Positions 49,096-57,832 of a DNA stretch of 64,000 nt are shown one piece after another. Each line of letters opens with the position of its first letter. Within the stretch, counting starts at the first letter, position 1. Origin of the DNA: Vulcanimicrobiota bacterium (GTDB taxonomy: Bacteria; Vulcanimicrobiota; Xenobia; Xenobiales; JADMJV01); NCBI GenBank assembly GCA_050250895.1, contig JBFWNU010000007.1, positions 64,001 through 128,000 of the forward strand, read 5' to 3'. A program made the position numbers and the translations under genes. The notes under the pieces were generated by a model. That model saw only the letters and a program-made list of their open reading frames with translations. It did no database searches and was not told where the DNA came from.

Positions 49096-49656
49096 ATGCC
49101 ACTTCTGCTGCTGTTGCTGCTGCTGGCCGGACCGGCTCTGGGCGCCCCGGTGGTCAACCCCCAGGATCTGGTCCAGGGTGGCTATGTGCTCTATTTCCGC
49201 CATGGCCACGCCGAGCGCGGCCAGGATTGCAAGGATCCCAATCAATCCTATTGGTGGCGCAGTCACGACCCCAGCCTGACCCGACAGCTCGACGACCAGG
49301 GCCGAAACCAGGCCGCCGTGATCGGCACCGGCCTGAGGGCAGCTGGCATCCAGGTCGACCAGGTGAGGGCCAGCGAGTTTCGTCGGGCGGTGGAAACGGC
49401 CGAAAGCATGAGTCTCGGACCCGTAATCGTTGAACGCGACCTGACGCCGCTGTCTAGTTATGGGGCGCTCGAGCCCCGTCTCAACGAGTGTCTCAACCGC
49501 CGGCCCGCCCCCGGCACCGTCAACGTGCTGGTGGCCCACGGCCACGTCACCGAGTTATTCTCTCACCTCAACGAAGGCGACGCCGCCGTCTTTCGGCCGG
49601 GCCCCAACGGCCCGACCTTCGTCGGCTTTCTCCGCTACCAGGCCTGGCAGCACTAG
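49096..49656 (+). CDS. Secreted histidine phosphatase-family protein
   Basis: Signal peptide; 'YFRHG', 'R.L...G..QA', 'SEFRRA.ETA', 'LVAHG'. Confidence 0.8.
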   Translation: MPLLLLLLLLAGPALGAPVVNPQDLVQGGYVLYFRHGHAERGQDCKDPNQSYWWRSHDPSLTRQLDDQGRNQAAVIGTGLRAAGIQVDQVRASEFRRAVETAESMSLGPVIVERDLTPLSSYGALEPRLNECLNRRPAPGTVNVLVAHGHVTELFSHLNEGDAAVFRPGPNGPTFVGFLRYQAWQH

Positions 49657-50744
49657 CTGGCGTGATGGACTTCGAAAGAAGCGTCGGGGGCGATGCTCTC
49701 GAGCACCAGACGCGAGATACCTTCCTGACTGGCCTGGTTGCGCTCGAGTTGCTCGCGCTCGACCAGGACCACGCGCTGGATGTCGGAGTATTGGACGCCG
49801 TCAGCCACCAACTCTACCAGGGTGCTCTGGAGCGGTGACAGACTGGGGTTGAAAGCCGCGTTCTCGGCATAACCGTTGGCATAGACTTTGCCGTTGGCCT
49901 CGATGGCGATACCCGACGGGCACTTCGAATAGGGGGCGTAGGACTTCTTGGCGGCATCCAGGGCGGCCAGCACGGTCGGGTCCTGGGTGTCGTTGGCCAA
50001 CTTGAGGTCGAAGTCGGGCGAGGCCAACAGGGCTCCCTCGATACCGAGGTCTTTGGGTCCGAAATTGCGCGGCAAGAGGGTCTTGAGTTCGACCGGTTCT
50101 TGACCGGGGATGAGGATGCCCAGGTCACCACCGTCTTGCAACTCGTTGAGGAACTGGCGGCAGTGGCCGCAGGGTTCGGCCGATACGGCCAGCCGGGACA
50201 AGCCTTTCTCACCGTGGGCCAGGGCGTTGGCAGTCACGAACTGTTCGCCGTGGACGCTCTGGTTGAGGGCCTGGTTGGGCATCTCCAGATTGACGCCCAG
50301 ATAAAGGTCGCCACTGGCTCCACGCCCGACCGCGCCCACCAGGTAGTTGGAGATGGGCGGGCGCGCGTTGGCTTTGGCCACCGGGATCAGTTCGACCATC
50401 AACTGGTCGGACGACAGGTTCAGGTCTTTGCTCAGTTCGGCGGCCTGCTCTTTGCTGATGTGGAAGGGCCGAGGGCCGAGTTTCTCTTGAAGCTTGGCAG
50501 TGATCTCCGGTCGGGGAGCCTGAATGACCGCGGCGCCGGGCAGGTTGCTGGCTGCCAGGGCGGCCGCCTGGGCGGTCTGGTGACCGTGGTCGCAAAGGCC
50601 GGTAGGGCACGATTCGGCCGAGGGGCCGCCGGCCAGGTGGACATGATCGGCGGGGGCCGCCTCGGCGGTGTGGTCGCAGTGGCTACAGGCCGCTTGCGGG
50701 CGGGCGATGGTGACGCGGTTGGCTAGATTGGCGGAAATCATCAT
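49653..50744 (-). CDS. cdd: Cytidine deaminase (homodimeric, E. coli-type) with N-terminal extension
   Basis: 'ARPPISNYLVGA', 'G.NLE', 'VHGEQ', 'PCGHCRQFLNE'; second domain 'SYAPYS', 'ENAAFNPSLSPLQ'. Confidence 0.9.
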   Translation of the reverse strand: MMISANLANRVTIARPQAACSHCDHTAEAAPADHVHLAGGPSAESCPTGLCDHGHQTAQAAALAASNLPGAAVIQAPRPEITAKLQEKLGPRPFHISKEQAAELSKDLNLSSDQLMVELIPVAKANARPPISNYLVGAVGRGASGDLYLGVNLEMPNQALNQSVHGEQFVTANALAHGEKGLSRLAVSAEPCGHCRQFLNELQDGGDLGILIPGQEPVELKTLLPRNFGPKDLGIEGALLASPDFDLKLANDTQDPTVLAALDAAKKSYAPYSKCPSGIAIEANGKVYANGYAENAAFNPSLSPLQSTLVELVADGVQYSDIQRVVLVEREQLERNQASQEGISRLVLESIAPDASFEVHHAS

Positions 50745-50769
50745 GGCTTCAGGTCTCTTTTCGGCTGAT

Positions 50770-52287
50770 TTAGGCGGCGTTGCTGGCGTAGTTGGGGGCG
50801 GCCCGCAGGGTGTCGAGTTCACGCTGGGCGGTGGCCTTGGTCTTCTCGTCGGCGTCGGAAGAGAGAACCTCGCTCAGGCGAGCTTCTTCTTTGCGGGCGA
50901 AGGCAGCCAGTTCGTCGATGGGGGTCTTGAAGGCGTTGTAGCTGGGGCTGATGCCGAATTCTTTCATGGCGGCCCCGTGGGCCTCCATCTGCTCGCGGGT
51001 GAGGCCGATGTCGTTGGGGAACTCGAGCACCAGAGCCACATCGCGGGCCGGGTCGAGGCCCAGGATGCCGGGGCGGATGAACTCCTTCTCGCCACGCCAG
51101 GTGGTCAGGTCCCAGATGCCCATTGACTCCTCGACGCTGCGGCCGCCGCGCTTTTCATAGTCGCGAACGATGCGACGCAGCAGACGGTCCTCCGAGCTGG
51201 GGCTGTCGAGATAGACGTTGCGATAGGCCAGGCCCTTGTCTTCGAAGTATTTCACGATTTCAGGATGGGTGGCGTGAATCGAGTCGAGCACGATGATGCT
51301 GTCGTCGGCCACGGTGACATGGTGGGGAGTGTCTTCGCGGAAGCCGGTGACGGTAGTGGGAATGCGCCAATCGGGCGCCCATTTGCGCTTGTCCCCAGGG
51401 GGGGTGTCCATGAAGTTGTAGACGGGGATGTTGGATTCGCCGCTCTCGAGCAGTTTGGTCAAGTCTTTCTTGAGCTGGTCGATGTCCATGAAGTCAGGGT
51501 GATCCCAGTAGTGGGTGCCCTCGGTGGTGGTGGGGTAACCGGCTTGATCGACATCCTTGAAATACATGTCGCCTTCGATGACCGATAGGGGACGCTCGCC
51601 GGCGTATTCGGCCAACTTGGCGATGAGGGTCGATTTTCCGGCCGCCGAAGGGCCACCGACCAGCAACACTACCCGCTCTCCCTGGGGCAGGTTGGCCACC
51701 AGGTCTTGCAGATGCTCGTACTGATTGATCGTGCGGCCTTCGATGAGAGCCTTCTCGACCGCCTTGGTATCGAGGTCGCCGGGAAGGACCAGTTGCTTGG
51801 CTTTGCCGGCCTCGTCGAAGGGGGCGATGGCGTGATAGCTGCTGGGATACTGGTGGGCTTGAGCTTTGATGAAGTCGCTCGAGGCCAGGCGTTGGACCAC
51901 CTCGTAGGTGCCTTCGAGCACCGGCTGTTCGACCGCGTTGGGACGCTCCGAGACAATGATCGAGGTTTGACTGCCCTCGCCTTCGACCACGGTTACCACG
52001 GCTTTGGTGTTGGGCCAGGCCTGCATATAGCTGGCCATCTGATCGGCCAGGGCCTGACGCTCGCCAGCCGTGTCCACCTCGCTGGCCTTGACCGAGCCGG
52101 TCGAAATATGAGACAATCCGTCGACCTGGTGGAACTTTCCAGCTGCGGGCCGGAAGGGATAGCAGATCTGCGGTTCAGGCCTGCCGCCGAGGGCGACGCT
52201 GTCGGACTGTTCGCTCTTGCTGCTCGCGGTGCGCGGGCTAGCGATGGCTCGGGTGGCTACGTTGGTGACGGTTGGGGTAACGTTCAT
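50770..52287 (-). CDS. Uridine kinase-like P-loop nucleoside kinase with N-terminal extension
   Basis: Start MNVTPTV after AGGAG; 'GGPSAAGKST', 'DMYFKD', 'WDHP', 'PVYNF', 'RLLRRIVRD...RG'. Confidence 0.8.
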   Translation of the reverse strand: MNVTPTVTNVATRAIASPRTASSKSEQSDSVALGGRPEPQICYPFRPAAGKFHQVDGLSHISTGSVKASEVDTAGERQALADQMASYMQAWPNTKAVVTVVEGEGSQTSIIVSERPNAVEQPVLEGTYEVVQRLASSDFIKAQAHQYPSSYHAIAPFDEAGKAKQLVLPGDLDTKAVEKALIEGRTINQYEHLQDLVANLPQGERVVLLVGGPSAAGKSTLIAKLAEYAGERPLSVIEGDMYFKDVDQAGYPTTTEGTHYWDHPDFMDIDQLKKDLTKLLESGESNIPVYNFMDTPPGDKRKWAPDWRIPTTVTGFREDTPHHVTVADDSIIVLDSIHATHPEIVKYFEDKGLAYRNVYLDSPSSEDRLLRRIVRDYEKRGGRSVEESMGIWDLTTWRGEKEFIRPGILGLDPARDVALVLEFPNDIGLTREQMEAHGAAMKEFGISPSYNAFKTPIDELAAFARKEEARLSEVLSSDADEKTKATAQRELDTLRAAPNYASNAA

Positions 52288-52357
52288 CAGTGCTCCTGCG
52301 GATATAGAGTTCCTGCTTGTATAATGCCAGACCGGATCCGTCAATTGCTTGAATAGC

Positions 52358-53239
52358 ATGTTAACACCCGGCCAAGACCCCGAGACCCAACTCGAGGCCC
52401 TCGTGGGGGCCTTCGAGAAGTGCACTTTGCCGTATGCAGATTGGAACCACCGGGCTCATCTTTCGGTAGCCTTCCACTACCTCGCTCGCTTCTCTGAAGG
52501 TGAGGCCACCGCGCGGATTCGAAGTGGGATTCAGGCCTACAACGCTAGTCAGGGCATAGAGCAGACCGAGACCGGGGGGTATCACGACAGTCTGACGATC
52601 TTTTTCGCCCAGCTCATCCGTGAGTTTCTGGCCACCGCTCCACCCGTCGCGACTGTCGGCGACTTGCTCGAGGAGCTTTGCTCGAGCTGCAGCGACAGGG
52701 CTCTGCCGCTTCGCTTTTACAGCCGCCAGAGGTTGATGAGCCGCGAAGCCCGTTTCGGCTGGTTGGAGCCCGATCTGGCCCCCATCCGGGGCAGCTGGAA
52801 CGAACACGTCTTCATCGTGAGCGGTTGCGACCCCCAATTGCTGGCCCAGGCCGAAGCCCAGATGAAGTCGCTTTACACCACTGTCGAGCCGTTTGCGATG
52901 GAGCAGGCGGTAGTGGGTCTAACGGCCTGGTGGCACAACCAGCCCGTGGGTTGCGGCGCTCTTTGTGCTTTTGAGACCGACAGTCTGGAGTTGCGCCGGT
53001 TGTACGTGGCCAGACCGGCCCGGGGCAGGGGAGTAGCCCGCAAACTGCTGGGGTGCCTCGAGCAGCGGGCGGCCGAGGCCGGCTGCCAGAAATTGGTGCT
53101 CGAGACCGGGCCGGGCCAGCGCGAAGCGCTAGCCCTGTATTCTTCGGCCGGGTATCGGCCCCGGCCACCGTACGGACCTTATCTCTCCAACCCCGAAAGC
53201 CGTTGCTTCGAAAAGGCCCTCAAAGTTCGAGGCAGGTAA
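52358..53239 (+). CDS. Fusion of an uncharacterised N-terminal domain and a GNAT acetyltransferase
   Basis: N-half 'WNHRAHL...GYHDSLT.F...FYS..RL.S..AR..W.EPDL'; C-half 'VGCGAL', 'ELRRLYV..PARGRG', 'LETG..Q.EA..LY'. Confidence 0.8.
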   Translation: MLTPGQDPETQLEALVGAFEKCTLPYADWNHRAHLSVAFHYLARFSEGEATARIRSGIQAYNASQGIEQTETGGYHDSLTIFFAQLIREFLATAPPVATVGDLLEELCSSCSDRALPLRFYSRQRLMSREARFGWLEPDLAPIRGSWNEHVFIVSGCDPQLLAQAEAQMKSLYTTVEPFAMEQAVVGLTAWWHNQPVGCGALCAFETDSLELRRLYVARPARGRGVARKLLGCLEQRAAEAGCQKLVLETGPGQREALALYSSAGYRPRPPYGPYLSNPESRCFEKALKVRGR

Positions 53240-54743
53240 GGACCGCTTCACCGGGCTCGAGTTCGTCATAAGCGAGCACGGTCAGATGGGGGAGGCGACT
53301 GTGTAAAGCCTGCCACAGGTCGGCGCGCAAGACAGAGTTGACCAGCAGCACATCGAGCTGTTCTTGCTCGAGCTGGTCGGCGAGCTGCTCGCAACTATCG
53401 CGCAGGCCGCGTCGCGACTTGAGGGTCAGCAGATGATCTTCGGTCTCGACGCTCAACTCGGCTACCTCGAGACGTCCTTCGCCATCGAGCAGGTGGGCAT
53501 AGAGGCTGCGACCCAGCAGCTGCCTCACCCGAGCCACGAGCTCGGCCAGTGAACCGGAGCCGGGAAAGCCCTCGAGGATCGCCTCGAGGATGCCGGTGAG
53601 GTCTGCGATCGAGCATCTTTCCCGCAGCAGTTCGCGCAATACCCCGCGCACCGCCGAAACGGGAACGTTTTCGCGTTCGAGTTCGAAGGTCACCGACGCG
53701 TCCTCGCGATCCAGGTGGTCGAGCAGCAGATTGACCATCTTGATGCTCAGTAACCGCCAGGCTTCTTCTTGCAGGGTCACGCCGAGGTGCATCTTGACCA
53801 CCTGGGCGGCGGGCAAGACCTGCAGGCCGGTGGTGTCGATGCTCCCCAGCGCGGCGTCGTCGACCCAGCGGTACCCCCCTAATTCGGGGTCCCAATCCTT
53901 GCCTTCGGGAATCGTCTCTTCACCCGGTGCCAGGATGAGAAAGTCTTCGGGCACCCGCCCGTGCGTGAGCATCAGTTCGCGATAGCGCAGATAGAAGTCG
54001 CGCGGCCCCAGCTGGCTGTCGATATGGATCGAGATGTCTGGCAAGCTAAAGCCGAGTTGCTCGTAGACGTGTTCGCGCAGCTCGTGCAGTTGGCCCAACA
54101 AAGGTGGGTCCTGGGGGGGCGTGAGCAACCCCGACAGGCCGCTACCCAGCGAGAGATAGAGGGCGTTGGGATTGACCCGCTCCTGGGTCTCGCCGCCGGC
54201 GGCCGAGTCGGGCTCGACCCCCTCGAAACGGTTGAGATACCATTCGGCCATCCAGCGGCCCAGCGCCCAGCCGAAGCCATAGCGTAACTCGGCCGTCACC
54301 TGGTCGCCGTTGAGACTCTTGTCGAGGCCCTCGACGATGCGGGTGATTTCGTTTTCGAGCACCTTGTCCAGGCGATTGATCCAGTTGGCCGGTTCGGCTG
54401 GTTTATCCGGGTTGTGGCGAAATCGCTGGCCGAGCTGGGTCAGAACCTTTTTGACCTCGAGCTCGCCATCGCCTTCGTCGTGGTCGTCGACCCGAAGGTG
54501 CACCAGCACCCAGTCATGGCTGTCATCAGAAATCGTGAGTCGCTCAGAAAGATACTCTTTGAGGCGACCTGGGGCCGGCGCCGACCTCAGGTTGAGGCTG
54601 CAGACCGAGTATTCGCCCGAATCGAGGGCTCGTTTGGCGGCCTGGCTGAGGGTGTCGGGATCTTCAATTAGATAGGCGTTGCGAATGGTCCGGTTTTCGT
54701 TGAGTTCGAGGATGGCGCGCAGCCCAGGGCTATCCTTCTTCAA
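53220..54743 (-). CDS. FHIPEP-family (FlhA/SctV cytoplasmic domain) protein without TM domain, with an extra N-terminal domain
   Basis: TTG start after GGAGG; 'LYLSLGSGL...LRE....LGFSLP.I.I', 'VLRELLRERCSIADL.GILEAI', 'RVRQLLGR', 'VLAYDEL'. Confidence 0.8.
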   Translation of the reverse strand: MKKDSPGLRAILELNENRTIRNAYLIEDPDTLSQAAKRALDSGEYSVCSLNLRSAPAPGRLKEYLSERLTISDDSHDWVLVHLRVDDHDEGDGELEVKKVLTQLGQRFRHNPDKPAEPANWINRLDKVLENEITRIVEGLDKSLNGDQVTAELRYGFGWALGRWMAEWYLNRFEGVEPDSAAGGETQERVNPNALYLSLGSGLSGLLTPPQDPPLLGQLHELREHVYEQLGFSLPDISIHIDSQLGPRDFYLRYRELMLTHGRVPEDFLILAPGEETIPEGKDWDPELGGYRWVDDAALGSIDTTGLQVLPAAQVVKMHLGVTLQEEAWRLLSIKMVNLLLDHLDREDASVTFELERENVPVSAVRGVLRELLRERCSIADLTGILEAILEGFPGSGSLAELVARVRQLLGRSLYAHLLDGEGRLEVAELSVETEDHLLTLKSRRGLRDSCEQLADQLEQEQLDVLLVNSVLRADLWQALHSRLPHLTVLAYDELEPGEAVLTCLEL

Positions 54744-54776
54744 TGGAAACCTCCCGCCAACGCAGTTGGAATCATT

Positions 54777-54804
54777 ACCTTAGATTTTATCACTTTCATG
54801 TCAA
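54777..54804 (-). promoter_or_regulatory. Possible sigma70 promoter of the FHIPEP gene
   Basis: Minus strand TTGACA (54804-54799), 16 bp spacer, TAAGGT, in an AT-rich context. Confidence 0.45.
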
Positions 54805-55322
54805 TGCGAGAAGAGCCTTAGAAAGAAAAAGACCAGCACTCCGGTGACCGAGACGTAGAGCCAGATGGGAAACGTGAAGCGAGCTAGTTTGCGATGATTG
54901 GCGAACTTCCCGGTCAGGGCGAAGAAGAAGGTCGACAACACCATGGGCAAAGCCACCACCGATAGGCCGATGTGGCTAAACAAGATGGTCAGATAAACCC
55001 GGCGGATGGCCGGGTCCCCCACAAAGCGGGTGTCGCCGTGTAAGGAGTGATAGATGATGTAACTGACGAGAAAAAGGCTGGAAAAGCAAAAAGCGGCCAG
55101 CATCAGTTTGCGGTGGCGCTCGCGCTCGCCGGCCCGAATGGCCAGCCAGCCCAACAGAATCGCAAAGGCTGAAAGGCCGTTGAGACTGGCATTGAGGGCA
55201 GCCATCCAGGCATAAGCTCCCGAGTCCCCACCGCCTTCGTGGAAATAGATGAGCCACACCAAGAATATCGTGGCGGCGGCACTAACTACTCCGATGGCGA
55301 AGAGACCTTTTTTCGTGTCCAC
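54801..55322 (-). CDS. DUF420-family membrane protein
   Basis: 'LNASLN', 'HRKLML.AF..S.LFLVSY..YH', 'ILFSHI.LS', 'HRKLAR.TFPIWLYVSVTGV'. Confidence 0.9.
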   Translation of the reverse strand: MDTKKGLFAIGVVSAAATIFLVWLIYFHEGGGDSGAYAWMAALNASLNGLSAFAILLGWLAIRAGERERHRKLMLAAFCFSSLFLVSYIIYHSLHGDTRFVGDPAIRRVYLTILFSHIGLSVVALPMVLSTFFFALTGKFANHRKLARFTFPIWLYVSVTGVLVFFFLRLFSH

Positions 55323-55410
55323 GGTGGCGCAGTTCTATACGGGCCGAGAATCCCCCGCCCGCAGGGAGCAGGTCTTGCCAGGTTCTGGGCGGAACGGTGG
55401 GCCTGCCGCC

Positions 55411-55956
55411 ATGCAGGAAGACGGTTCCCACATCTGGCTGTTCGGTTACGGCTCCATCATTTGGAAGCCGGATTTTGGCTATCAAACGAGCTTCCCCGCT
55501 CGCCTGCACGGCTACAAACGGCGCTTCTGGCAAGGCTCGACCGACCACCGCGGAGTGCCGGGCGCCCCGGGTCGGGTGGTCACGCTCGTGCCCGCACCCG
55601 GCCACAGTCTTCTCGGCATGGTCTTTCGACTCGAGGGCGATGTCGAACAGGTCCTGGCCGCCCTTGACTATCGTGAAAAAGGGGGTTACGACCGGGTTTC
55701 GATCGAGGTGGAGGCGCTCGATGGACGGCGGGTGTCGGCGCTCACCTACATCGCTACCGAGGCCAATCCCGACTATTTGGGTCCGGCCGATCTCGAGGTC
55801 ATCGCGACCCAAATCGCGAGCAGTCACGGCCCCTCGGGCCCAAATCTAGAGTATCTGGCGCGCTTGCACCAGGCCCTGGAGGTTCTGGGCGAGCCCGACG
55901 ATCACGTTCTGGCTTTGATGCAACTGGTCCAGAAAAGAAAAAACGGCGGTCCCTGA
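55411..55956 (+). CDS. chaC: ChaC-family gamma-glutamylcyclotransferase
   Basis: 'WLFGYGSIIWKP', 'RRFWQGSTDHRG.P..PGRV.TL', 'LDYREKGGY', 'GPSGPN.EY'. Confidence 0.9.
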   Translation: MQEDGSHIWLFGYGSIIWKPDFGYQTSFPARLHGYKRRFWQGSTDHRGVPGAPGRVVTLVPAPGHSLLGMVFRLEGDVEQVLAALDYREKGGYDRVSIEVEALDGRRVSALTYIATEANPDYLGPADLEVIATQIASSHGPSGPNLEYLARLHQALEVLGEPDDHVLALMQLVQKRKNGGP

Positions 55957-55966
55957 GGAACCGCCG
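55933..55966 (-). terminator. Terminator between convergent chaC and PilP-like genes
   Basis: CGGCGGTCCC-TGA-GGAACCGCCG stem preceded by an A-rich tract (U tract on the minus strand). Confidence 0.6.
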
Positions 55967-55983
55967 CTCTTAGACTGCCCAGC

Positions 55984-56595
55984 TTACTTGCTGCTCAGGC
56001 CGAACTCGTCTTCCATGATGATCTTGAAGGTGTGATCCTTGATCTTGAAGGTGACGGCGCGTTCGCTGATACCGGCCACACGATACTCGCCGACTTTGTC
56101 GCCGACGCGTACGATGTGGGACTGGTCGGGCGAGGTCAGAATGGCCATGCGGCCAGTGCCTGAACTCACGATACCACTGATGGTGACGGCGGGAGGATCG
56201 ATTTCTTCCTCTTCCTCGTCGGTATAAGCGGCTTCTTCTCCGCCCTTGTTGTCACCGCTGGCGGTGGCGCCTTCGCCACCGTCCTGGGCTCTAACGGTCG
56301 GACCTGCGTTTGGGTCCCCTTTTTTAGGGGTCTTGCCCCCTGAGAAAGTCCCGGCCTCGATTGGATTGATGAACGGATCGCGGTCCGTCAGTTTCGGCTT
56401 GGGCATCTTCTTGGGCCCCTGCTGCTCGGCCGGGGCCGGCTTGTCAGGAGTCTTCGGGGTCTCGGCATCCTCCGAGATGGTGACTTTGCCCGAGGCGTCA
56501 CCCTCTTCTTGTGCCTGGGCGGCATTGTAGCCAGTCCCGGTGACCAGAGCACCGAGGATGGTTAGCGCCGCCAGGGACCTGAGAAATGACTTCAT
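55984..56595 (-). CDS. Exported PilP-like (type IV pilus / T2SS accessory) protein
   Basis: Signal peptide, disordered linker, 'RDPF', beta domain 'ISGIV....MAIL.....HIVRVGDKVG...V..I'; AGGAGG RBS. Confidence 0.6.
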   Translation of the reverse strand: MKSFLRSLAALTILGALVTGTGYNAAQAQEEGDASGKVTISEDAETPKTPDKPAPAEQQGPKKMPKPKLTDRDPFINPIEAGTFSGGKTPKKGDPNAGPTVRAQDGGEGATASGDNKGGEEAAYTDEEEEEIDPPAVTISGIVSSGTGRMAILTSPDQSHIVRVGDKVGEYRVAGISERAVTFKIKDHTFKIIMEDEFGLSSK

Positions 56596-56889
56596 ATACT
56601 AATGATCCTCCTATATCGTCTGCCGGCGGCCGGAAAGACTCGTCGGGCAGTGAGGACGGATTTGATCCGCCCTCTAATCTTTTTCACGATCGAACGCGTT
56701 CTTCCTTTCTGTTGGACACCCTGGTTTTTGTCCGATTTCTTTCTGAAAACTCTTTTAGTAAAGGTCGGTCTTGCCGCCGTTACGTAGGGATTCGGGTTGA
56801 CGGGCCGAAAGGTCATTCCTGGAGTAAAAAACTATTATTCCAAGGTTTGGGAAAGGGTTTGCAGGGATTACCTGAAGTTAGGTTCTGTT

Positions 56890-57354
56890 ATGAATTTTCC
56901 GTCCAGGCTTCGTAAAGCTAGAAAAGAAGCCCGTCTGTCTCAGCTCGAGCTGGGCCGGCGGCTGGGTGTTTCCGGACAATCGGTGAAAGAATGGGAAGCC
57001 GGCCGAAGTTCCCCCCAATTCGATAGGCTCAAGGAGATCGCCACCGTTACAGGCAAGCCTGTGGCCTGGTTCTTCCTCTCCGAGAGCGAACCGGGCGGCT
57101 TCGCCCGCACAGTCCAGGTTCTGCACGAGACCATGGTAGAACTCGAGAGAGTGTCGGCCCAGGTCGAAAGGATGAGAGCCCGCCTGACGCCAGTGGTGGG
57201 CAGTCTCAACGGCGAGACGCCTCGCCCCTGGAGTTCGCAGATGGAATGGGCCCACGAAATGCTATCAAATCTGCGGGGTGAACTCGACGAGATCGAGTAT
57301 CAACGGCTGGTCGACATGGCTGCCAAAGCTCGCTGGAGCACTCAGGTCGGCTAG
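56890..57354 (+). CDS. XRE-family HTH transcriptional regulator
   Basis: 'RLRKARKEARLSQLELGRRLGVSGQSVKEWEAGRSSP'; start taken at ATG 56890. Confidence 0.85.
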   Translation: MNFPSRLRKARKEARLSQLELGRRLGVSGQSVKEWEAGRSSPQFDRLKEIATVTGKPVAWFFLSESEPGGFARTVQVLHETMVELERVSAQVERMRARLTPVVGSLNGETPRPWSSQMEWAHEMLSNLRGELDEIEYQRLVDMAAKARWSTQVG

Positions 57355-57403
57355 CCTTCACGTGCGTTGAAGGAAATTCAAGTGCTCGGCGGAAGTTCTC
57401 TTG

Positions 57404-57832
57404 ATGGAACAAACCGCAGAGTACACCTATTTGACCGTCGAAGAATTCGCGGCCGCTGCCGGTCTTGACGAGCGAAGGGTCTTGCATCTGATTCGAATGG
57501 GCGAGATCGTGGCTTTGCGGCCGGCCCACGGCCTGGGCTACCAGATCCTCGATACGGAACTCGTTCGCTATAAGGACACTTACGGCGCCACCGTGCGCCG
57601 CAAGCCCAAGGTGCCGTTGCGGCGACACGAGGCTTTGATGGTTCGGATGGGTCGCCTGCGTGAAAGGCTCCAGGAAGAGAAGCGCACCACGCGCCAGCAG
57701 GGGCAGGAATTGTCCCGAGAGCGCGAGCTGCGCCAGCGGCTACAGCGAGAACTCGATGAGGCCAGGGCCGAACTGGCGCGTTTGCAAGACGAGTTGGCTC
57801 GGCCCTGGTGGAAGAGACTAGTTGGGGGCTAG
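57404..57832 (+). CDS. Excisionase/MerR-like HTH + coiled coil + C-terminal amphipathic helix protein
   Basis: 'YLTVEEFAAAAGL...V..LIR.GEI.A....GYQI'; coiled coil; ends RPWWKRLVGG. Confidence 0.7.
   Translation: MEQTAEYTYLTVEEFAAAAGLDERRVLHLIRMGEIVALRPAHGLGYQILDTELVRYKDTYGATVRRKPKVPLRRHEALMVRMGRLRERLQEEKRTTRQQGQELSRERELRQRLQRELDEARAELARLQDELARPWWKRLVGG

Noticed and set aside
50745-50790. sigma28 promoter upstream of cdd (GCCGAAAA) and similar GCCGAGAT upstream of 42791
   Set aside because: A -10-like octamer is present but there is no TAAA at the required ~15-bp spacing; too weak to call.
56890-57832. Prophage immunity region
   Set aside because: The two HTH genes are co-oriented, with no integrase, structural or replication genes nearby.
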